NCBI GenBank assembly: GCA_964512835.1
Contig: CAZELA010000001.1
Coordinates: forward strand, 425,372-489,371
Direction: 5' to 3'
Source of the DNA: an uncultured Candidatus Saccharibacteria bacterium
GTDB taxonomy: Bacteria > Patescibacteriota > Minisyncoccia > Phycocordibacterales > UBA2100
Length of the DNA stretch: 64,000 nucleotides
This document shows positions 18,728 to 28,113 of this stretch, piece after piece; the first letter of the stretch is position 1; each line of letters starts with the position of its first letter. A program made the translations under genes and the position numbers. The notes below the pieces were generated by a model. That model did no database searches. It had not been told where the DNA came from and was given only the letters and a program-made list of their open reading frames with translations.

Positions 18728-19795
18728 ATGAAGGACTACTACGAAATTCTCGGCGTCAGCCGCACAGCGAGCGACGACGAGATCAAATCCGCATTCCGTA
18801 AACTTGCACAAAAATACCATCCCGACAAAAAAGGTGGTGACGAGGCAAAATTTAAGGAGGCGAGTGAAGCGTACGGCGTACTCGGCGACAAAAAGAAACG
18901 CGCCGAGTACGACACGTACGGAAAAACATTTGCCGGCGGCCAGGGCGGCGGTTTCGGCGGTTTTGATTTTTCGAACTTCCAAGGGTTTCAGGGGGGATTT
19001 AACGGCCAGAATGTTGAGTTTGATTTGGGTGATATCTTCGGTGAGTTTTTCGGAGGGGGCGGTTCGCGACAGTCACGCGGTCGCGATATATCGATCGACA
19101 TCGAACTTTCATTCCACGAATCTATATTTGGTACCGATCGTCGCGTCTTAATCTCAAAGACCGGTGTGTGCGAAACATGCACGGGCACGGGAGCGGAAAA
19201 AGGCAGCTCTATGGTCTCGTGCAGCGCCTGCAACGGCAAAGGAGAAATTCGTGAGACGCGTAATTCGTTTTTCGGTACATTTACATCGTCCCGCACGTGC
19301 CCGAAGTGTCACGGCAAGGGCCAGATACCCGAGAAGCAGTGCAAGACTTGTCAGGGGGCGGGTGTTGCGAAAAAACAAGAGGAGATTCATATCGTGGTGC
19401 CCGCCGGCGTTTCAGACGGTGAGATGATTCGTATGCCGGGGCGCGGTGAAGTCGCAATCGGTGGCGGTGCCGGCGATCTGTACGTCAAACTGCATGTAAA
19501 ATCCGACGCGGCTTTCACACGCGAGGGTAACAACCTCGTTCGAACGCTGCAGGTGAAGCTCACTGATGCCTTGCTGGGTGCCACATATCACGTGCGCGGC
19601 GTCGAGGGCGATCTGCCTCTTGAAGTTCCCGCAGGTGTGGTTCACGGCGATATGCTGCGCATAAAAGGACAGGGCGTACCGCATGGGCGCAATAACCGCG
19701 GCGACCTTTTGGTCAGAATCGATATTCAGTTTCCGAAAAAGCTATCTAAGGAACAGCGAACTCTGATCGACAAGTTGCGCACAGAGGGTCTCTAA
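18728..19795 (+). CDS. dnaJ: molecular chaperone DnaJ
   Basis: J-domain (DYYEILGV...KYHPDKK), a Gly/Phe-rich region and four CxxCxGxG zinc-finger repeats. Confidence 0.9.
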   Translation: MKDYYEILGVSRTASDDEIKSAFRKLAQKYHPDKKGGDEAKFKEASEAYGVLGDKKKRAEYDTYGKTFAGGQGGGFGGFDFSNFQGFQGGFNGQNVEFDLGDIFGEFFGGGGSRQSRGRDISIDIELSFHESIFGTDRRVLISKTGVCETCTGTGAEKGSSMVSCSACNGKGEIRETRNSFFGTFTSSRTCPKCHGKGQIPEKQCKTCQGAGVAKKQEEIHIVVPAGVSDGEMIRMPGRGEVAIGGGAGDLYVKLHVKSDAAFTREGNNLVRTLQVKLTDALLGATYHVRGVEGDLPLEVPAGVVHGDMLRIKGQGVPHGRNNRGDLLVRIDIQFPKKLSKEQRTLIDKLRTEGL

Positions 19796-19825
19796 GCGTG
19801 CTCGTCCCACCGTTATAATACGGCG

Positions 19826-20311
19826 ATGGACATAGGCGCGGTTCAAAGCATTTTTACAACGTTGCCCGTTGATCTTGTGGCGTCGGTATTGTTTGCCACG
19901 TTCATAACAATCGCGACACTGCGTCTTGGTGCAAGTTTCGCAATCGCATTGTCCCTTTCACTTATAGTTTCTAATGCGCTTTTTGCGGCGCTGCCGGGCA
20001 CGTTTATGATAGGGCCCGCGCTTTCCGGGATCGGGCCCATGGCAGCGGCGGGTATCTACGGCGCGATGGTGCTTGTGCTTACATTCATTCTGTACCGCGC
20101 AACATCGACACTTTCAGACGATTCAGCACGACCGATGTTTGCTATAGCGACCGGTCTTGCGACAACAGTGATCGTACTTGTCATGTGGCACGCGACGCCG
20201 CTTGCGAGCTTTTGGACTTTCAACCCGCTCATTCAGAGCGTATTCGGCGACCCGTACAAGCTGTTCTGGATGCTGCTCGCATTTATATCGTTTGCTTTCG
20301 TAAAAAGCTGA
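19826..20311 (+). CDS. hypothetical integral membrane protein
   Basis: 161 aa with four or five hydrophobic spans. Confidence 0.5.
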   Translation: MDIGAVQSIFTTLPVDLVASVLFATFITIATLRLGASFAIALSLSLIVSNALFAALPGTFMIGPALSGIGPMAAAGIYGAMVLVLTFILYRATSTLSDDSARPMFAIATGLATTVIVLVMWHATPLASFWTFNPLIQSVFGDPYKLFWMLLAFISFAFVKS

Positions 20312-20322
20312 CGCATAAGAAA

Positions 20323-20346
20323 AGGCCCGCTGCCGCGGACCTTTTT
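20323..20346 (+). terminator. candidate rho-independent terminator
   Basis: AGGCCCGC-TGCC-GCGGACCT (one mismatch) followed by TTTTT. Confidence 0.45.
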
Positions 20347-20545
20347 ACCACTTGGTATTCTCCGGTATGTGCATGTAGTGCTTGAGTACTGCTCTCCGTA
20401 AAGACCACAGCAATCGGTCTATCAGCCTTAGGAGCGCTCTGTAGTGAATCACTGACCACCTCCGGGGACATAGTAGCCAGAAATAGCATACTGCGTACCC
20501 CCAGCGGTTCGGGCTGTGCCGGTTATCCACACCGTGTCTTGACAG

Positions 20546-20574
20546 TTCACAATATTGTATTCTTGTGCTATTAT
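20546..20574 (+). promoter_or_regulatory. sigma70-like promoter upstream of small-peptide/KAS-III-like operon
   Basis: TTCACA, 17-nt spacer, TATTAT. A strong RBS TAGGAGGAAAACCG precedes the ATG at 20611. Confidence 0.5.
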
Positions 20575-20610
20575 CTGCGCAGGCTCGTTGTCAGATTAGG
20601 AGGAAAACCG

Positions 20611-20718
20611 ATGGCCTCAATAATGCCGAAAAGCATTCTGATGTCGCTGATCGTCATTGCAATGATGATCGCTCTCGATGTTCACTACCGCGTAAAAGCG
20701 GCTTTCCCGCCGCGCTAA
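20611..20718 (+). CDS. small hydrophobic peptide (35 aa), not in ORF track
   Basis: MASIMPKSILMSLIVIAMMIALDVHYRVKAAFPPR. It has a perfect AGGAGG RBS at -13 to -8. A KAS-III-like gene lies 38 nt downstream. Confidence 0.45.
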   Translation: MASIMPKSILMSLIVIAMMIALDVHYRVKAAFPPR

Positions 20719-20756
20719 TGCGGCATAACTGATCAAGTACAGTACAGGAGGTTCAA

Positions 20757-21788
20757 ATGACTGCACGGATCGGAATTGCAGGTACCGGCAGTCATATGCC
20801 GTCCACCGTCATTTCCAACGATGAACTCGCAAAGCTCATCGGCAAGGGTGAGCGCGGACCCGACTGGGCTCTGGGCAAGCTGGGAATCAAGGAGCGACGC
20901 TTCATGACCCGTCTTGATGAGCACGGCCGCCCCGTTGCCCATGCCGACGAACTCGACATGGCCGAGTCCGCCGCACGAGAAGCCATTGCCAACGCCGGCC
21001 TTGCGCCGCGCGATGTCGACGGTATCTATCTCGTGTCGTGCACTCAGTTCGGTCACGACCGTCACCACTTCTCGAAAAGCGTGCTCGAACTCCACAAGCG
21101 TCTGAATCTCCGGAACGATGTTCTCGCCATGGAGATGGACGCCGGATGCGGCGGCGCGCTGCATGCGATGGTGCTCGGGACGAAGATGATCGCCGGCAAC
21201 GGAATGGACAACATGGTCGTTGTAGCGTCGAACGCCCCGTCCCGCTACTACGGCGACTGGGAGTCTTACGTGGTCAGCAACCAATGGTTGCCGATGTACA
21301 TCTTCGGCGACGGCGCAGGCGCTGCGGTCCTCCGTAAAAGCGACAACATCTTCTCGGGCTCCGAGGTGATCGCGTCGTATATCGCCAACGATCCGTCGAA
21401 TCCGTTGATGTACTTTGAGCCTCGCGGCAACCGCCCGGAGCCCTTGTATGTCATCGACGGTCGCGGTGTCGCGGTAGGCTTCAGCAAATACGCCAAGGCG
21501 GCGCTTGAAGGCCTGAAATCCAAACACTCGTTCGAGTGGTCGGATATCAGCCGTTTCTACTTTCACCAGGTGAACGGCAAGGTCCTCGAGAAGTTCGTCG
21601 ACAGCCAGGGGATTCCCCGCGACAAGGTTGCCATGCATGTTGACCGGTACGGCAACATCGCGGCGGCTGCGACGCTCGTTCTGATGGATGAAGACCGCAA
21701 AAGCGGCGATCTGTCGGAAGGGGATCTCTGTGTGTTCTGCACCGTCGGTGCGGGCGCTCAATACGGTGCTGCGCTCGTTCGCATGTAA
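20757..21788 (+). CDS. 3-oxoacyl-ACP synthase III (FabH)-like thiolase-fold condensing enzyme
   Basis: 343 aa with a Cys in DAGCGGALHAM, a His in FHQVNGK and an Asn in RYGNIAAAAT. This is the Cys-His-Asn triad arrangement of the KAS III/CHS family. Confidence 0.7.
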   Translation: MTARIGIAGTGSHMPSTVISNDELAKLIGKGERGPDWALGKLGIKERRFMTRLDEHGRPVAHADELDMAESAAREAIANAGLAPRDVDGIYLVSCTQFGHDRHHFSKSVLELHKRLNLRNDVLAMEMDAGCGGALHAMVLGTKMIAGNGMDNMVVVASNAPSRYYGDWESYVVSNQWLPMYIFGDGAGAAVLRKSDNIFSGSEVIASYIANDPSNPLMYFEPRGNRPEPLYVIDGRGVAVGFSKYAKAALEGLKSKHSFEWSDISRFYFHQVNGKVLEKFVDSQGIPRDKVAMHVDRYGNIAAAATLVLMDEDRKSGDLSEGDLCVFCTVGAGAQYGAALVRM

Positions 21789-21859
21789 CCTGTTCATTCG
21801 GTTGAACATCAGACCCTCCGTGACTGCTATAATGCAGTCACGCGAGGGTCTTTTTTTAT

Positions 21860-23431
21860 ATGTTTTTTCAAATACCCGACGTTCTCTTGATGGTCACGGC
21901 AGTGGTCAATGTCGGTTTGACGTGGTTCATCTACAATCGCAACACCGCGACAACCGCCAACAAGATTTTCTCCGCATTCGTCGCATTCATCGCATTCTGG
22001 GCCATCGATATTCTCTTATTCCGACTTATTTCGGGAGATACCGCTTCGTATTACCTTATGAAGCTGTCATATATTTCGGCGCTGCTGCTCGCATACTTCT
22101 ACTACCGTTTTTCGTTCCTGTTTCCGCATGAAGAAAAGCTCGGTTCCGTACACTACTCATTGGTAACCGGATTCACCGCAGTGCTTGCCGTATACCTCTT
22201 GGTGCCGGGCGTTCTCACGACGGGGATTGTGGTCCACGACTGGGGTAAAGAAATAGTACTGGAACCGGTGACGTACTGGATATTTGCGGGAACATTTGCC
22301 ACGTTCTTTCTTGGCGGAACGCTGCGTCTGTTTCTCAAGATTCCTGGTGCCGTCGGAAAGGAGCGCGTGCAGCTCTCGATTATCAGCGGATCAGTCATTG
22401 CGGCCGGCAGCTTCGGTATGTATTTCAATCTTGTATTGCCGTCGCCGATATTTCACAACTTTCAATACATCTGGAGCGGTCCGGTGTTCACATTCTTTTT
22501 TGCGATCGTGATCACGTACTCAATTTTTCGCTTTAGTCTATTTAATCCGAGAGCGATACTGGCAGAAGCTCTCGTATACCTGCTACTTACGTTCTTATTT
22601 GTACGACTAGTTTTGACGGGAAATTTTACCGATCTCGCGATTAACGGAACGCTTTTGATAGTGGTTGCAATAATCGGCAGCTTGCTCATCCGAAGCGTTA
22701 CAAAAGAAGTCGAGCAGCGCGAAGAAATCGAGCGGCTTTCCCAGGAAAAATCCGAGTTCATGACGTTCGCTTCGCACGAAATCAGGAACCCGATCACTGC
22801 CATGCGTGGGCTTGCGTCCCTTATAGTAGACGGTACGACCGGCCCGGTACCTGCCGACACGCGGGATGCAGCTCAGAAAATCTTGGTTGCAGGCCACGAT
22901 GTGCTGAACATCATTGCCACCTACCTGAGTAAATCAAAGATGGAACTCGGGCAGATTGCATACGATAAGGCGGTCTTCGATCTCGGAGAGGCGACCGCCT
23001 CGATTGCTGATGGGTATGTGCCGCACGCCGAAGTTAAAGGTCTCACATTCTCCATCGTAATCGACCGCACGCATAAATATTCAGTCCTCGGTGATCAGGG
23101 AAAAATCAAGGAGGTGATCGGCAATATGATCGACAATTCGCTCAAATATACTAAGCAGGGCGGTATTACCGTTTCGGTTGAACGTCACGGACCGTTCGTT
23201 CGGTCCGTCATCACTGATACCGGCGTCGGTATTCCGAAAGAAACCATTCCGCAGCTGTTTAAAAAGTTTTCACGGGCCGATGCGCAAAAAGTTAATCTCC
23301 TCGGCACCGGAATCGGACTGTATCTGGCAAAGACGTTCATCGAGGCACAGGGAGGGCGTATTTGGGCTGAGTCAGATGGGGAGAACAAAGGGTCACGGTT
23401 CATTATCGAGTTTCCGGCAGCGCAGCCGTAG
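21860..23431 (+). CDS. sensor histidine kinase with multi-TM N-terminal sensor domain
   Basis: Six or seven TM helices are followed by a HisKA H-box (FASHEIRNPITAMRGLASL) and an HATPase_c domain (N, G1 DTGVGIP, G2 GTGIGL boxes). No response regulator lies adjacent. Confidence 0.8.
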   Translation: MFFQIPDVLLMVTAVVNVGLTWFIYNRNTATTANKIFSAFVAFIAFWAIDILLFRLISGDTASYYLMKLSYISALLLAYFYYRFSFLFPHEEKLGSVHYSLVTGFTAVLAVYLLVPGVLTTGIVVHDWGKEIVLEPVTYWIFAGTFATFFLGGTLRLFLKIPGAVGKERVQLSIISGSVIAAGSFGMYFNLVLPSPIFHNFQYIWSGPVFTFFFAIVITYSIFRFSLFNPRAILAEALVYLLLTFLFVRLVLTGNFTDLAINGTLLIVVAIIGSLLIRSVTKEVEQREEIERLSQEKSEFMTFASHEIRNPITAMRGLASLIVDGTTGPVPADTRDAAQKILVAGHDVLNIIATYLSKSKMELGQIAYDKAVFDLGEATASIADGYVPHAEVKGLTFSIVIDRTHKYSVLGDQGKIKEVIGNMIDNSLKYTKQGGITVSVERHGPFVRSVITDTGVGIPKETIPQLFKKFSRADAQKVNLLGTGIGLYLAKTFIEAQGGRIWAESDGENKGSRFIIEFPAAQP

Positions 23432-23442
23432 TCGATGTATAG

Positions 23443-23464
23443 CGGCTTAATTCAAGCCGTTTTT
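23443..23464 (+). terminator. rho-independent terminator after sensor kinase
   Basis: CGGCTT-AATTC-AAGCCG-TTTTT. Confidence 0.6.
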
Positions 23465-23475
23465 CTGCTATATTT

Positions 23476-24459
23476 GTGCCTATGGCGAGACTTTTGACCG
23501 GGCTTCAGCCCTCGGGAAACCTACACATCGGCAACTACCTCGGAGCGCTGCGCCCTATGGTGGAATTGTCAAAAAGCGGGGAGTACGAGCACATTTTCCT
23601 TATGGTCGTTGACTACCATGCACTCACGACACTCAAGAATCCGAAAGAGCTCAAGCAAAATATCATCGACGTTGTAGCTGATTACGTAGCTGCCGGCATT
23701 GATCCAAAAAAAGTCATAATTTTCAAACAGTCAGATGTGCCGCAGCATACGGAGCTTGCGTGGATATTCAGCTGCCAGATGAACATGTCGTTCCTTGAGC
23801 TCGGGCATGCCTACAAGGACAAGGTGGCAAAAGGACTTGATGCAAACGTCGGATTGTTCACGTATCCGCTGCTTATGGCGGCAGACATTCTTTTGTATGA
23901 CGCAACAGATATTCCCGTCGGCGAAGATCAGCGACAACACATTGAATACACGCGCGAGATCGCCGCTAAATTCAACATCAACTACCCGGGCCGATCTCGC
24001 ATATTCAACGAGGCGGTGAAGGAGAGAATTTTTGAGGGTACCGGCATCGTCCCCGGAGTAGACGGAGCAAAAATGAGCAAGAGCTACGGCAACACCATCC
24101 CGCTCTTTGCGAGCGACGCAGAGATTAAGCAGGCAGCAATGACGATCAAGACCGGATCCGAGCCGTTGGGATCGCCGCTACCCGTCGACGACACCGTTTT
24201 GAAATTAATGGCCTTTTTTGACAAGACAGGAGCCGAATCACTGGCGGCGCGCTATCGTGCGGGGACCGTCGGGTACAAAGAGGCCAAAGAGCTGCTCGCA
24301 CAAGCAATCATTAACGGCACGCATGACATGCGCGTACGCCGCCGCGACATCACGACAGAACAAGTGGAAGCCATACTTTCGGACGGCAAAACGAAGGCGC
24401 GTGCATTTGCCCGAAAAAAGATGGAGCTTGTCCGACGACGCATCGGAGTAGAAGTATAA
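23476..24459 (+). CDS. trpS: tryptophan--tRNA ligase
   Basis: Class I HIGH-like motif (GNLHIGNYLGAL) and KMSKS (GAKMSKSYGN). 327 aa. Confidence 0.9.
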   Translation: MPMARLLTGLQPSGNLHIGNYLGALRPMVELSKSGEYEHIFLMVVDYHALTTLKNPKELKQNIIDVVADYVAAGIDPKKVIIFKQSDVPQHTELAWIFSCQMNMSFLELGHAYKDKVAKGLDANVGLFTYPLLMAADILLYDATDIPVGEDQRQHIEYTREIAAKFNINYPGRSRIFNEAVKERIFEGTGIVPGVDGAKMSKSYGNTIPLFASDAEIKQAAMTIKTGSEPLGSPLPVDDTVLKLMAFFDKTGAESLAARYRAGTVGYKEAKELLAQAIINGTHDMRVRRRDITTEQVEAILSDGKTKARAFARKKMELVRRRIGVEV

Positions 24460-24469
24460 ATAATCAAAT

Positions 24470-25825
24470 ATGGAACGAACATTGATCACAGATCTTGGTG
24501 CACGAACAGGTGAAACCGTACTTATAAAGGGCTGGGTGTCCGTCAGGCGCGATCAGGGCAAGATGGTCTTTTTTGATTTCAGAGACCGTTCGGGAACCGT
24601 CCAGGGAGTCGTGTTGCCGAACTCTGCTGCGATTGATACCGCAAAGGAGGTCCGCGTGGAGTATGTGGTCGCCGTCGAGGGAAAGGTAAATCAACGGCCG
24701 GAAAAGAACCGCAACGCAAAGGTTCAGAACGGGGATATCGAGCTCGAGGTACTCGGACTGACTGTGCTGGCGGAAGCACAGCCGCTTCCGTTCGACATGT
24801 CCGATACCGGGTACAATGTCGACCTTACGACCGAGCTTGATCACCGCGCGCTCACCATGCGTCACCCGAAGCTGCAGGCGATCTTCAAAGTGCAGGCGGT
24901 TATCATCGATTCGTTCCGGGAATACATGAAGCAGCAGGACTTTTTCGAGTTCCAGGCACCGTCGATCGTACCTGCAACCGCTGAAGGCGGGGCTGAAGTG
25001 TTTCAGGTTCAATACTTCGATAAGCAGGCATATCTTTCACAATCTCCGCAGCTGTATAAGCAGATCGTAATGACCGCGTTCGAGCGCGTGTTTTCAGTCA
25101 ACAAAATATTTCGAGCGGAGCCGTCGTCAACAACACGTCATTTAACCGAAGTCGTCTCACTCGACGCTGAAATGGGATTCATTGACTCGTGGACGGATGT
25201 TCGCGATATGTCGGAGGGTACCGTGCGCTACATTCTTGAACAGGTCGGATCGCGATGCGCCCGTGAACTCGAATACTTGGGCGCAACACTGCCGGTCATG
25301 CTCGAAAAAACGCCCACGCTCACGCTCAAAGAGGCGCAGGAAAAGATTCACGCAAAAACCGGTCGCGATGTCCGCGGTGAAAAGGACCTCAACCCTGAGG
25401 ATGAGCGCCAGCTCTGCGAAATGATCAAAGAGGAGACCGGTTCAGACTTTGTATATGTCTACGGCTATCCGACTCGGCAGCGACCGTTTTACGTATTCCC
25501 GAGCGAAGCGGACCCCGAAGTGAACGAGGGTATGGATCTTTTGTGTCGCGGTGTCGAATGGCTGTCCGGGGGACGACGTATACACGACTTCAAGCAGCTT
25601 ATGGAGCACGTCGCCGTATGGGGGATGGATGAGAAGAAAATCGAAATGTTCTTAGAAGCCTTTCGGTACGGGGTACCTCCGGAAGGCGGTTTTGCGTTCG
25701 GCGCAGAGCGCATGACGATGCAGATACTAGGTCTGAAGAATATCCGCGAGGCCACAATGTTCCCGCGCGACATGAACCGTATCGACGGTAGACTGAACGA
25801 GGAGACTCACACCGACGCGTCATGA
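24470..25825 (+). CDS. class IIb aminoacyl-tRNA ligase: aspartate--tRNA ligase (short archaeal-type) or asparagine--tRNA ligase
   Basis: An N-terminal OB-fold anticodon-binding domain with class II motifs 1-3 (FRAEPSSTTRHLTEV; GGFAFGAERMTM). 451 aa. I cannot separate AspRS type 2 from AsnRS by eye. Confidence 0.75.
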   Translation: MERTLITDLGARTGETVLIKGWVSVRRDQGKMVFFDFRDRSGTVQGVVLPNSAAIDTAKEVRVEYVVAVEGKVNQRPEKNRNAKVQNGDIELEVLGLTVLAEAQPLPFDMSDTGYNVDLTTELDHRALTMRHPKLQAIFKVQAVIIDSFREYMKQQDFFEFQAPSIVPATAEGGAEVFQVQYFDKQAYLSQSPQLYKQIVMTAFERVFSVNKIFRAEPSSTTRHLTEVVSLDAEMGFIDSWTDVRDMSEGTVRYILEQVGSRCARELEYLGATLPVMLEKTPTLTLKEAQEKIHAKTGRDVRGEKDLNPEDERQLCEMIKEETGSDFVYVYGYPTRQRPFYVFPSEADPEVNEGMDLLCRGVEWLSGGRRIHDFKQLMEHVAVWGMDEKKIEMFLEAFRYGVPPEGGFAFGAERMTMQILGLKNIREATMFPRDMNRIDGRLNEETHTDAS

Positions 25826-26574
25826 GCGAATCTGAGCAGGTCGTAAACGCTGACCGCTTCAGTCTCGAGACTGAAGCATTTCAGGGACCGCTCGAAGCCT
25901 TGCTGGACCTCATCGAAGCGCGCAAACTTTCGATATCGGAAGTTTCTTTGGCAGATGTAACGGACGCGTATCTCGCATACGTCGAACGCCTACCCGAGCT
26001 CCCGCTCGGAGAGACGGCGCAATTCATTCTCGTCGCATCTACACTTCTTTTGATCAAGTCCCGGTCATTACTGCCCACGCTCACATTGACCGAAGAGGAG
26101 CGTGAATCCGTGGATGAGCTTGAAAAGAGGCTTGCGCGGTACGCGATTGTGCGTAAAGCGGCACGCTCTCTGCGTAAACAGTGGGGCGTGCGACCGTACC
26201 GATTCGTAAAGCGCGCGCCTTTACGACCACCGGTATTCAATCCGGCAGAAACATCCGTACCGGCCGCTGCATCTGTACTGCTGCGTCTTATTTCTTTGTT
26301 CCCAAAGCCGGAAACACTTGCCGAGGCAGCCGTCGCACCGATTCTCGCGCTGGAGGATGTGATCGTCAATCTCAAAAAACGACTGACGCATGCATTCAAG
26401 GCCCGGTTTTCCGAGCTCACCAAAGAGAAAGATCGCCACGAAGTCGTTGTGTATTTTTTGGCAATGCTCGAGCTGGTGCGTCATGGAAACGCTTCAGTTA
26501 CGCAAGATAAATTATTCGGGGACATCATGATCGAGTCAGAGGATGTCGGCGGTGCGCCCCGATACGGCGTATAA
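25822..26574 (+). CDS. scpA: segregation and condensation protein A
   Basis: The N-terminus FQGPLEALLDLIEARKLSISEVSLADVTDAYLAYV is the ScpA kleisin consensus. ATGA overlap with aspS. Confidence 0.8.
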   Translation: MSESEQVVNADRFSLETEAFQGPLEALLDLIEARKLSISEVSLADVTDAYLAYVERLPELPLGETAQFILVASTLLLIKSRSLLPTLTLTEEERESVDELEKRLARYAIVRKAARSLRKQWGVRPYRFVKRAPLRPPVFNPAETSVPAAASVLLRLISLFPKPETLAEAAVAPILALEDVIVNLKKRLTHAFKARFSELTKEKDRHEVVVYFLAMLELVRHGNASVTQDKLFGDIMIESEDVGGAPRYGV

Positions 26575-26575
26575 T

Positions 26576-27172
26576 ATGAACATGTCGGACTCACTGCCGC
26601 TGTCAGATCGCGTTGAAGCACTTCTTTTTATGGAAGGCGGCTCGCTGTCGTTCAAAAAGTTGTCGCAGCAACTCAACTGCACCGAAGAAGAGCTTGTAGC
26701 AGCCGTCTCGGATCTGGCTGAAAAGCGTGCATCGACCGGTATTGCGGTCGTGCGCACCGATACCGAAGTCACGCTCACTATCGCACCGGCTGCTGCAGAA
26801 ACGATTGAAAAGGCATTTGAGCGGGAAATCGGAAAAGAGGTAGGGGACGCGGGTCTTGAGGTGATTGCTATCGTGCTCTACCGTGGTCCGTCGACTCGGT
26901 CACAAATCGACTACATCCGGGGCGTGAATACGTCGTCTACGATCAGAAATCTGGCGGCACGAGGGCTGCTTGAACGCATACCGAACCCGACTGATGCGCG
27001 TGAATACCTGTACCGACCCACGACCGAGCTGATCGCATATCTGGGCGTAACGGAGGCGACAAACCTCCCGGATTATGTTAAAATAACGAACGAATTAGCC
27101 GCTTTTGAGGCCCAGCAACGCAGCCCGTTTGATACACCAGATGCCGAACCAGGAGACGCCCAGCCGGAATGA
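26576..27172 (+). CDS. scpB: segregation and condensation protein B
   Basis: ScpB winged-helix motifs (EALLFMEGGSLSFKKL...; EVIAIVLYRGPSTRSQIDYIRGVNTSSTIRNLAARGLLERI). The start was chosen at ATG 26576 just after the scpA stop; 26543 is an alternative. Confidence 0.75.
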   Translation: MNMSDSLPLSDRVEALLFMEGGSLSFKKLSQQLNCTEEELVAAVSDLAEKRASTGIAVVRTDTEVTLTIAPAAAETIEKAFEREIGKEVGDAGLEVIAIVLYRGPSTRSQIDYIRGVNTSSTIRNLAARGLLERIPNPTDAREYLYRPTTELIAYLGVTEATNLPDYVKITNELAAFEAQQRSPFDTPDAEPGDAQPE

Positions 27173-28109
27173 GCCTTCCGCACACACGCTGACCCGCTAC
27201 GGTCTGACCCTCCTCTGCCTGCTCGCAGCGGCCGCTTTTTTTATTGTATACGGGTATCTCGACGCGATGCAGGAACAGCCGGTCGAGCAACAGGCGGCCG
27301 CCGTGATAAAAGCGGACCTGTTTCAAGGAGTTTCAATCGCAGCTAAATCTGCGGTTGTAATCGACCTCACTACGGGCGAAACATTGTACGAAAAGAACGC
27401 CGATGCACAGCTTCCGCTCGCATCGCTTACCAAGGTGCCTCTCGCCGTTGTCGTCGCGGAGTCAATGAATAAGGACGAACGCGTCACGATCCCGTTCGAC
27501 ACGAATTGGAATTCAAAAGCGCAGCAGTTGCATCAGGGTGAAGTGCTGAAGTTGCAGGATCTTATCGACTACACGCTCATTGCATCTTCCAACGACGGTG
27601 CCGAAATGCTTGGCGCAGTGGCCGAAAGGGCAGTCAATGAGAAATATCCGCAGGCACCGATGGGTGGGGCAACGCTGTGGCGCATGAATAATTTGGTCTC
27701 GGAACTCGGACTGTCGCATACGTATTTCTTGAACGTAAGCGGACTCGACGAAAGCACGACGCAATCGGGTGCATACGGCAGCGCACGAGATGTCGCAAAG
27801 ATTTTTGCTTTTGCGGCTGCCGCCTACCCCGATACATTTGCCGGCACGACGCACGACGGAGCGCTCGTATATGCGAGCGACGGCACGGCTGCGTCGGTCA
27901 CGAATACAAATGAACTGCTCGGCCAGTTACCCGGACTCATTCTGGGAAAGACCGGTTTCACTGATCTCGCCGGCGGAAATCTCGCGGTTGTTTTTGACGT
28001 TGGACTTGCACACCCGGTCGCGGCTGTCGTTATGGGCTCAACGGAACATGCGCGGTTTTCCGATATGAAGATCCTTGTAGACCGCGCGCGTGCGTCGGTC
28101 ATGCAGTAA
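27105..28109 (+). CDS. D-alanyl-D-alanine carboxypeptidase (S11 family, PBP5/6-like)
   Basis: SxxK (ASLTK), SxN (SSND) and KTG (KTGFT) motifs with an N-terminal membrane anchor. An alternative start is at 27170. Confidence 0.75.
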   Translation: MRPSNAARLIHQMPNQETPSRNEPSAHTLTRYGLTLLCLLAAAAFFIVYGYLDAMQEQPVEQQAAAVIKADLFQGVSIAAKSAVVIDLTTGETLYEKNADAQLPLASLTKVPLAVVVAESMNKDERVTIPFDTNWNSKAQQLHQGEVLKLQDLIDYTLIASSNDGAEMLGAVAERAVNEKYPQAPMGGATLWRMNNLVSELGLSHTYFLNVSGLDESTTQSGAYGSARDVAKIFAFAAAAYPDTFAGTTHDGALVYASDGTAASVTNTNELLGQLPGLILGKTGFTDLAGGNLAVVFDVGLAHPVAAVVMGSTEHARFSDMKILVDRARASVMQ

Positions 28110-28113
28110 CACT

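Noticed and set aside
20523-20531. Perfect DnaA box TTATCCACA
   Set aside because: It is a single isolated box with no cluster, no AT-rich DUE and no dnaA or dnaN nearby. More likely it belongs to the adjacent promoter region than to an origin.
20733-21809. 358 aa minus-strand ORF antisense to the KAS-III-like gene
   Set aside because: The plus-strand frame carries the Cys-His-Asn condensing-enzyme motifs and a promoter/RBS context. The antisense ORF is the usual long open frame of GC-rich coding DNA.
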